A DNA stretch of 62,000 bases from Octopus vulgaris (taxonomy: Eukaryota). The notes beneath the pieces are model-generated. The model saw only the letters and a list, made by a program, of their open reading frames with translations, did not search any database and was not told the origin of the DNA. The stretch lies in contig CATOCA020000023.1 in NCBI GenBank assembly GCA_951406725.2, forward strand, positions 1 through 62,000. The letters run 5' to 3'. Below are positions 52,728-62,000 of the stretch, piece after piece. A program made the translations under genes and the position numbers. The first letter of the stretch is position 1. The number at the start of each line of letters is the position of its first letter.

Positions 52728-54550
52728 CATAATAATAATGACCGTCCACTCGTGACCGAAGAAAACCATTGCCGACCTTCAGGAACATTGTGCGCTCTAC
52801 GAGGACTAACTTATATTTTGCATTTGCGGCTCCGTTGGTAGCTAATGAGCCCTGCTCTTGACAAGCATACACGACTGCAAACTTTGCAGACCAAACTTTC
52901 CCCATTCACTATACGAGCCGTGCGCTTTCGCGCAGCTCGCTTAAGTTCTTCATGCTGGATACGTGCTCTCTCAAAAGTGTCGATCCCCTCCTTAACCTGC
53001 TTCCTCCATCTGTGGCGATGACAGGTATTGCTCTCCCAGTCAGTGTCCTGCATATCACAGGCCTTTAATGAGGACTTGACACAGTCCTTAAATCGCAGTC
53101 TTGGTTTCTGCCGGAGTCTCCTTCCATTCACAAGTTCTCCATAGAGCATCTGCTTAGGAATCCTTCTATCCTTCATTCGAATAAGGTGTCCAGTCCAACG
53201 CAACCGGTGCTTGTGCACCACCGCTTCAATACTCAAGATATCAGCTGTCCTCAGGATCTGTGTGTCTGAAGCTTTTGAGGTCCAGCTAACATTGAGAATG
53301 TGTCTGAGACATCTCTGATGGAAACGTTCAAGGACCCTTACCTGACGTTTGTACAGAGTCCATATCTCACATGAGTAGAGAAGCGATGTCAGTACATAAG
53401 TACGGTACACAGCAACTTTTGTTCTCCTTGCGATGCCATGTTGGTACCAGACACGAGACTGAAGAGACTGGAAGGAATTAGTTGCTCTCTGCAACCTGAA
53501 AGATAGTTCCTCATCCAGGGAGCAAGAACGGCTGAATGTGCTGCCCAGATAGACTACTTGTCTACTACCTTCAGAATTGTTCCTTCAACGAAGATAGCTG
53601 GTTCTATATATGGATTTCCTGGTGCAGGCTGGAACATTACAACAGTCTTGTCCAGGCTAATGCTGAGTCCAAATGCTCTGCAAGAAGCAGAAATGCAATT
53701 CATGATTATTTGCATGTCATCTACTGTATGAGTGACTAAGTCACAGTCATCTGCATAAAGGAGGTCACGAATAATAGTCTGGAAAACCTTTGAATTGGCA
53801 GCAAATTGGCGAAAATTAAAGAGGCGGCCAGAAGATAGACATCTGACATATATTCCCAGAGAGCTAACTTTAGCAAAAGCATGAGTAAAAGTAGCAGCAA
53901 AGTACAAAGAAAAGAGAGTTGGGGCAAGGATGTCACCCTGCTTGACACCATTCTCTACAGGAATGGGTCCCACCATGGCACCACCAACATTGACCTAAGC
54001 CTCCATCTCATCATGAAATGATTTAATTATAGATACAAAGTGATCTGGACATCGAAGTTTGCCAAGTATTTTCCATAGAAAGGCCCTATTTACAGTATCT
54101 AAGGTCTTAGTTAAATCAATGAATACCTGGACAAGATCCATATTCTGCTCATAGCACTTCTCCTGCATCTGTCTTGCTGTGAAAATCATATCCATTGTCC
54201 CTCTACCAGATCGGAAGCCACATTGAGATTCAGATAGGACATCATTTACGAGACACCCATGCAGACGGGCAAGAAGAATATTTGCCAGAACCTTACCAGC
54301 AGCTGATAGTAGAGCAATACCTCTGTAGTTACCACACATTGTTCTGGCTCCTTTTCCTTTATATAAAGGAAGAATAATTGCATCCTTCCAGTCTTTAGGG
54401 ATTGCACCATCCCTCCAGACTGCACTAATAAGTTCATGAAGGGACTGTGTGATGCAATTACCACCAAATCGCAAGACCTCAGCACAAATTCCATCCTTTC
54501 CAGGTGCCCTACCAAGATTCAATTTACTTATTGATGTCATTACTTCATCT
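52728..54550 (-). mobile_element. RTE-BovB-like LINE, 5'-truncated, RT to 3' end
   Basis: [51 protein letters not shown], terminal CxxC-x-SRAGL; in-frame stop at ~53995; (ATT)n tail. Confidence 0.95.
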
Positions 54551-54604
54551 ATATACATATATATACAAGTATATATATATATGCAAACATACACATATCA
54601 ATAT

Positions 54605-54646
<42 letters not shown>

Positions 54647-55134
54647 ATATACATACATAGATATATACATATATATATTTATATATATTTACATACATAT
54701 ATACGTGTATTTACCCACACACGCATATATCCACTAAATATGGCCAATAATATTCCAAAACACTACTGGGTTGAAAATGTAATCAGTTCACTGATAAACG
54801 CTTGGTACACTCACCAAAAAGATTGTGTAAAAGCTAATGTTTACAGTAAAATCGCTGAAAAAATAACAAAACATTCAGAAGACGATACAAAAAACACGGA
54901 CGAGTCATTCGAAGCCTTCAATCTTCAGTGAAGAACCGGATCATCCTCGCAATTTCGGCTGATTAATCTTGAGATTGCTACAATCTGACCAGCCCCAAGG
55001 AAAAACTAAGTTAAGCGCATTAGATTCCTTGGAAAAAAGCTTCGAATGTATACGAAACAAGGACAGAAAACGGACGATGTTATACGAATATGAATACAAA
55101 AATAACACGAAATAACAATAATAATATATATATA

Positions 55135-55276
55135 TGCGACAGGCTTCTTTTAGTTTCCATATACCAAATCCACCAGGCTATAGTAAAGACAGTTGCACAA
55201 GGTACAGTGCAGTGGAACAGAAACCGGAACCATTTCGTCGGGAAGCAAATATTATACCACAGAGCCGCCTGCGCCT
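55135..55276 (-). mobile_element. SINE 5' half, diverged
   Basis: GACAGGCTTCTTTTAGTTTCC...CCTGCGCC matches the SINE head. Confidence 0.7.
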
Positions 55277-55612
55277 ACACACAGATTGCAGCCACATCTT
55301 CCTCGAATCGTAGCATAGTGTTTAGAAGAGTCACGTGGTATAAGGTAGTTTTAAATGCAGTGAAATCGAAAAACAAAAAGTACGGGAAGATAAGGTTGGT
55401 TGTGATCATCGGCGAGGTCGATCAGTACTTACCTAGGGTTAAATAATATCAAACCTATATAGCATTTTTCATCATCTCTCTTTTAAGCTGCCGTGTGTAT
55501 GACATATGTGACTGGCATGTATGGTCTACACAAGTGCGGGAACTGATCTTTTTAGGTGCACTCGAATTTTGATAAAGGTTTTAAAAATGCATTTAACTCT
55601 GTGAGTGAGTGA

Positions 55613-55648
<36 letters not shown>

Positions 55649-55945
55649 GTGTCTGCAAAAATATTTCCTAACGACAAATATGATCGGATAAAGGCCCTTT
55701 CGCATGTTCAACAAGGCGATAATCAGAACATGAAAATTCAGTCATCTCTATGTTCACAATGTACACACACACAGACATGCACACACACACACACACAGGC
55801 AAACACACACATAAAGCTGAAGATATAAGTATAGACACACATACATACATTATATATATGTATGCCCAAAATGCCACGCAGTCGGACTGAACACGGAACT
55901 CTATGGGTGGTAAGCGAGCTACTGACCTCACAGCCAGTCCTACGC

Positions 55946-55971
55946 CTATATATATATATATATATATATAT

Positions 55972-56002
<31 letters not shown>

Positions 56003-56113
56003 TATACATATATATGTATAGATATATATATATATATATATAGATATATACATACATATATATAGATATATACATACATATATATAGATATATACATACA
56101 TATATATAGATAT

Positions 56114-56182
<69 letters not shown>
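55946..56182. repeat. Compound microsatellite (TA)n/(GATA)n/(TACA)n
   Basis: Direct reading. Confidence 0.9.
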
Positions 56183-57781
56183 TCATCATCATCGTTTAAC
56201 GTCCGTTTTCCGCGCTAGCACGGGTTGGACGGTTCGACCGGGGTCTGGGAAGCTAGGGGCTGCACCAGGCTCCAGTCTGATCTGGCAGTGTTTCTACAGC
56301 TGGATGCCCTTCCTAACGCCAACTATTCAGTGAGTGTAGTGAGTGCTTTTTACGTGCCACCTGCACAGGTGCCAGGAGGGGGTCTGGCATCGGCTACGAT
56401 TGGTTAGTGCTTTTAACGTGCTACCGGCACGGAAGCCAGCCGAGGCGGCGCTGGCATCGGCCACGTTCGGATGGTGCTTTTTATGTGCCACCGGCACAGA
56501 AGCCAGTCGAGGCGGCGCTGGCATCGGCCACGTTCGGATGATGCTTTTTATGTGCCACTGGCACAGGTATCACAACTACTATTTCCATTGATATTTGTTT
56601 CGATGTTCATGTACATGCACTTGACTCAACAGGTCTCCTCAAGCACAGCGAGATGTTCTGGGATCCAAGGTACTTTGAATGGGCAGGGGCTATGCGGAAC
56701 TGGTGCCGGAAGCATCCCGGGTCTTTGCAGTCACAGCACATCTCCAGAGATCTCGGTCCTTCGCCATTGCCTCAGTGAGGCCCAACGCTCTGAGGTCATG
56801 CTTGACAACCTCATCCCATGTCTTCCTGGGTCTACCTATCCCCCTGATTCCTTCAACTGTTTGGGAGCGGCACTTCTTCACACATCTCTCCTCATCCATC
56901 CACAGTACATGACCATACCATCGCAAGCGACGCTCTTGCACACCACATCTGATGCTTCTTATGTCCAGCATTTCTCTCAGGGTGCTTACACTCTGTCGTG
57001 CGTTCACACTGACATAACACATCCAGCGGATCATGCTAGCTTCATTTCTTTCAAGTCTACGCATGTCCTCTGCAGTCACGGCCCATGTTTCACTACCGTG
57101 AAGCATGGCAGTTCACACACACATGCATCATACAATCTACCTTTCACTCTGAGTGAGAGACCCTTTGTCGCCAGTAGGGGTAGGAGCTTTCTAAACTTTG
57201 TTCAGGCTATTCGTATTCTAGTGGTGACACTCTCTGAGCATCCACCTCCACTAACTAACTTGGTCACCCAGGTAGCGGAAACTATCAACAACTTCTAGTT
57301 TCTTCCCCTGGAGTGTGATGGAATCTGTTTTCTGAGTATTTGTGGTGTCTATTGTCCCTGTGTATCTGCCGCACATGAAAGCTATCTTATCAGTTAATTT
57401 CCCTTTGATGTTGCTGCACCTCTTATGCGTCCATAGCTTACACTGGGTGCATCTTATGGAGTTTCTACCTACACCTTTCCTACAGATCGAGCAGGGCCAC
57501 CTGCCCGATGGGGTGTGTGCTGAGTTCGCCTTTCTGCTTACTATAACTTTGGTCTTTGCTACATTTACTCTAAGGCCTTTTGATTCTAACCCTTGTTTCC
57601 ACACCCGAAATTTCTTTTCTAGTTCCGGTAGTGATTCTGCTATGAGAGGCAGGTCATCAGCATAGAGGAGCTCCCAGGGGCAACCTGTTTTGAATTCCTC
57701 TGTTATTGCCTGGAGGACTATGATGAATAAAAGGGGACTGAGGGCTGAGCCTTGGTGTACACCTACTTCTACTCGGAATTC

Positions 57782-57785
<4 letters not shown>
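56183..57785 (-). mobile_element. RTE-group LINE 3' part with PHD-like Cys/His insert, 3' UTR and (GAT)n tail
   Basis: GVHQGSALSPLLF, LLYADD, CSIC...RCTQC..W.HKRC, FRYLGD, RRLRWYGHV, GRPRKTW. Confidence 0.93.
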
Positions 57786-57821
<36 letters not shown>

Positions 57822-57845
57822 CATACATACATACATACATACATA

Positions 57846-60800
57846 GGGACAACAAAATACAAAAAAAATATGATGACCTCGAAGACAGAATATTCTGGAA
57901 TTGGTAACTTGATCTGTTAACACTTTTGAATTAATAAAGAGTCCAAAGTAAGAATGCTGTGTGTGGTAGGTTGTATGCATATATCTGATAATAGCGATAA
58001 TGAGATACACACCTGTATACACATACCAGACTACTAAACACCAAATAACACCAACATGAAATATGTATCCTCTGACCAAGTGGCAAACCAAAGAGGTAAC
58101 TCTTTTTTACTGTCTTACCTAGAAAATATGAAGGCCGACCTAAGCCAGGATATCCAACGAGCTATCAGCAACCACCTATGCAAATCACAAGGACCACACA
58201 CCCACTACCAACAAGAAAATCATACACACACAGCTCCATACAAGAACTACCCACATTGTTACCACTGAACAACATAAAACACAACTTAGAACAAGGCAAA
58301 CATCAAACTCCCCTTACCTCGACATTCCTGTTAAATGTACGTGGCATCAACCCATCAATTATTGCCCAAAAATGGAAGATCCCATAGATAGAGAGTTGGC
58401 TTGCCGAAACGGCACATTGCTTCCCTTTCTTTATCCTTACTGAGACTCACCTGAACAACACCCATATGGACGCCGAGGTGAAAATAAAAGATTTCACCAT
58501 TGTTCGTGTGGATCGCACAGACCGAAATAAGGGAGGGACAGCCATCTTTATCCATCTATGACTCCTTTTCACTTGATGCCAAGAATATATTTTCCAATGG
58601 CTATTGTGAATCTGTATCACTATTCAGCAAGGCCAAGGACATAATCATTGTTGGTCTTTACAGGCCTCCCCAAGCACCTCTAAAGTGCTTTGAAGAGTGC
58701 CTTAGTAAAGTCAAGTCCTTCCTTCGGAAGTACAACTCCGGAAACATACTAGTGGATGGGTGATTTTAACCTCCCTTATGTGAACTGGCCCACAAATACT
58801 CTGAAGTTAGGCAAATGCTCTACATCAGATAGAGCAGCAGCAGAACTGCTCTTTAATCTAATGGATGAATACTTCCTGACTCAGCTAGTGCTCGAACCAA
58901 CGAGACAGAATAAAACGATCTTGGATCTGGTATTGACGAATCACTCTAGAGCTTCGTTCACAGTATTTCAGTTGAAAAAACTCTCCTCTCATACCACGAC
59001 ATGGTACTCTGCAATTTCAATTCCCGACATATAAAAACCAAACCAGCCAATCCCACTCCATGGCACTCATTTGACAACATAAACTTTCACAAAGCGGACT
59101 GGGGAGCAACCAGAAAGGATCTGTCTTGCATAGACTTATCTTTCACTCACAATTCCACCCATACTGAGACCGCATGGCAGCACTTTGAAAACATTGTCAC
59201 CTATACAGAACAATACTGCTCTGTCTGATATTGACGCAAGAGAAGCGAACAAAGTTGACCCTCAACATAAAATCTCAGACATAACCTTTTATTGCCACTG
59301 ACATCACAGCAGCAATAAATGAGATCAAATACTACTCTGCTGTAGGCCCTGATAGATTCCCCGCTAGTCTCCTGAAGGAATGTAAATACCAACTTGCAGT
59401 CCCTCTGACCAACCTCTGGAGAAATTCGTTAGACGCAGGTTATATACCGAAACAGTTTCTATCCAAGTCAGTCATCCCGGTTTTCAAACAGGGAAACAGA
59501 TCCCTCGCACTCAACTATCGCCCAATCTCACTCACCTCCCACATCATCAAAGTGTTTGAAATTGTGTTAAGATCAAGGATAGCTGACTTCCTGGAGACCC
59601 ACAAACTCCTAAATGCAAATCAGCATGGCTTTCGCTGTGGCAGGGACTGTCTAACACGGCTCTTACACCACATTGAAGATGTACTCAAAGCCTTGGGAAC
59701 AGGTTCGAACTCTGATGTCATATATCTTGACTTCAGTGAAGCGTTCGACAGGGTAGACCATAATATCCTACTCTCAAAATTGGCAAATGTTGGAATCCGT
59801 GGAAAAGTTCTACACTAGATCAAGTATTTCCTGGCGAATAAAACACATGTTGTAGTTGATGGAGTCCACTCAAGCCCAGCAAAAGTCACCAGCGGTGTCC
59901 CCCAGGGGACTGTCTTGGGTCCGCTACTCTTCATAATCTACATAAACGACCTTTCCAGTGTCGTACATTACTGCAAAGTGAAAATATTTGCTGATGACAC
60001 CAAGCTCCAGCAAATCGTCAATGAAGAAGCAGACCGAACTCAACTCCAGTCTGATCTATATGCTGTGAGTCAATGGGCAAACAGAAACAAAATGCAACTG
60101 AATGAGGGAAAATTTGAGCTGATGCATTTTGGAAGAAACTCCTCACTAAACCAACCATACTCTCTTCCTTCAGGGGAACCGCTCACAGCCTCTAACAATA
60201 TCAGAGACCTGGGTGTAATTGTTGATGACGATCTCAGTTGGAGTGCACACATCAACAAGAAGGTCGATATAGCTCATAGGATGAGTTCCTGGATCTTAAG
60301 AACTTTCCGGTCCAGAGAACAAGGTGTCATCATACCACTTTTTTCCTCCTTTGTACGGCCACACCTTGAATACTGCTGCCCACTGTGGTCTCCTCACACA
60401 AGACAAAACATCTCCAGGATTGAGTCACCCCAGAGGGCACTCACTAAACGAATTGAAGGCATGGCTGCTCTCGATTATTGGGATCGCCTTAAAGCCTTGA
60501 AACTTTACTCCCTCCAGCGTCGCTGTGAGCGGTACATCATTTGTACGATGTGGAAAATATACCGCCAACTATGCCCAAACGACCTGAACATTAGCTTCAA
60601 GGTTCATCCAAGACTGGGACCACGGGCCATTCAAGATCACAGCATACATGTACACTACAACATAATTTCTTTTCCTCAACAGGCCCTGCCCTATTTAACA
60701 TTGTCCCGAAAGAGATCAAAGAGCAACAGGATCCCATCAACTTTAAACGGAGTCTGGATAGATTCCTTCAAGGAATACCAGATAAGCCACCCATAATTGG

Positions 60801-60955
60801 ATACAACTCACCCAACAAAAACTCACTACTTGAATGGACCATAAACAAAGCTTGACTTAAACAGGATTCAAATAATCCTATCAGGTGGTGCTATTAAGTT
60901 AGACATGGCCTGGACCAATCTTTGGTCGAAACATATCTAAGTTTATCTAAGTTTA
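57846..60955 (+). mobile_element. CR1/L2-group LINE with possible ORF1 remnant, AP endonuclease, RT and 3' end; frameshifted and internally deleted
   Basis: LLNVRGI, LTETHL, GLYRPP, GDFNLP, ILDLVLTN (APE); LDFSEAFDRVDH, FADDTK (RT); tail (TATCTAAGTT)2. Confidence 0.95.
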
Positions 60956-61210
60956 TATACAAATATACAAACATATATATACAAATCTATATACAAACAC
61001 ATACAAACATATATACAAATATATATACAAACATATATACAGACATATATATACAAATATATATATATACAAACATATATATATACAAACATATATACAC
61101 AAACATATATACAAACACATATATACAGACATATATACAAATATATATACAAACATATATACACAAATATATATACAAACATATACATACAAATATATAT
61201 ACAAACATAT
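60955..61210. repeat. AT-rich minisatellite of ATATATACAAAC-type units
   Basis: Direct reading; lies directly after the CR1 tail. Confidence 0.85.
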
Positions 61211-61820
61211 GACCCTCTCCGTAACCTTCATTACCTGATCCAACAGCTTGATACCTGTTTAATTATTTGTATCTAAAGCGTCACCTTTACTTTTGTAGTA
61301 GTTGACTATTATGCTGCTACACCAGTCATTGGGTATGACTCCTTCGTGTATCAACTGGTTAACTATACAGGTGACCAGGCTATAACCAACACTGCCAGAT
61401 ATTTTGAGCATCTCTGCAGTAATTCCTGATGGGCCTGGGGCTTTTCCTGTCTTCATACTTCTAATTACCTTATCTACCAAAGAACTGTCAACTCGGATAG
61501 CTGGTCCCTCAGTTGGGTCGACATTCGGCAGACTCCCTTTCTCCCATTCATTTTCTTTATTCAGCAACTTTTTCATAGTGGCGTCTCCAAACCTCTCTCT
61601 TTGCAGCCACACTTAGCGCAAGTGAACCATTATCCATGCGAACACATTTCTCTCCTACCACGTCACGATTCTCTCTCACACACTGTCTTGCAACACGAAA
61701 TACCTCAAGTCTTTTGTCCTCACGGCGCAGAACATTGGCAAATGTTTTCTTATCTGCTTCTCCTCTGGCTAAATAAACCTGCCTCCTAGCTTCCCTTCTG
61801 GCAGTCTGACACACTTCACC
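61211..61820 (-). mobile_element. RTE-group LINE fragment (pre-RT and RT start)
   Basis: MKTGKAPGPSGITAEMLK, IPNDW, KGDAL, LLDQVMKVTERVI. Confidence 0.9.
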
Positions 61821-61824
61821 CATA

Positions 61825-61952
61825 TAGTTAATATGGACTTCTCAAAATCTACAAAAGTTAGGCCATAAACGAAATCAGTAACAAGTTAACTTCTATAGTC
61901 ATAAATATTCCACACCCTAGAGATCTCCGAATGACCAATTATGACCGATCCA
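61825..61952 (+). mobile_element. Third Penelope-like RT fragment
   Basis: Paralog of 29405-29530, followed by the same CAGGTATGTAG module. Confidence 0.7.
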
Positions 61953-62000
61953 GGTATGTAGGTACGGGGGGGGGGGCAATTGGGTGCTTAACACTTGCAA

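Noticed and set aside
54890-54960. Hammerhead-like CTGAAGA...GAA on the minus strand
   Set aside because: Core has GAAT rather than GAAA and I could not build three stems by eye; a covariance-model search would settle it.
12869-62000. Intact telomere-specific retrotransposon (SART/TRAS, HeT-A or Athena type)
   Set aside because: No RT ORF is intact and none is joined directly to telomeric repeats.

Overview
This is a eukaryotic chromosome end, not prokaryotic DNA. The (CCCTAA)n telomere, tRNA-derived SINE and LINE families point to an octopus/cephalopod (inference). Layout: 1-12868 is the telomere. About 8.8 kb of it reads (TTTTAA)n, most likely the known nanopore miscall of TTAGGG as TTAAAA. 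12869-~40.4 kb is a subtelomeric mosaic of recently duplicated blocks: an AT-rich ~100-bp telomere-junction repeat with a ~200-bp palindrome, SINE/CR1/Penelope fragments, a 9.3-kb 15-bp satellite fused to a 34-bp minisatellite (the pair occurs twice), and an internal telomeric tract at 31621-31683 whose inner junction matches that of the terminal telomere, i.e. a probable fossil chromosome end. ~40.4-62 kb is mostly decayed transposons (Penelope GIY-YIG, internally deleted Gypsy nested in an RTE, Tc1 with TIRs, RTE-BovB, RTE with a PHD-like finger, CR1). It also holds a candidate ZNF143/YY1 promoter at ~50.1 kb with small telomere-directed exons. No intact protein-coding host gene is supported; nearly all ORF-track entries are repeat translations or TE remnants.
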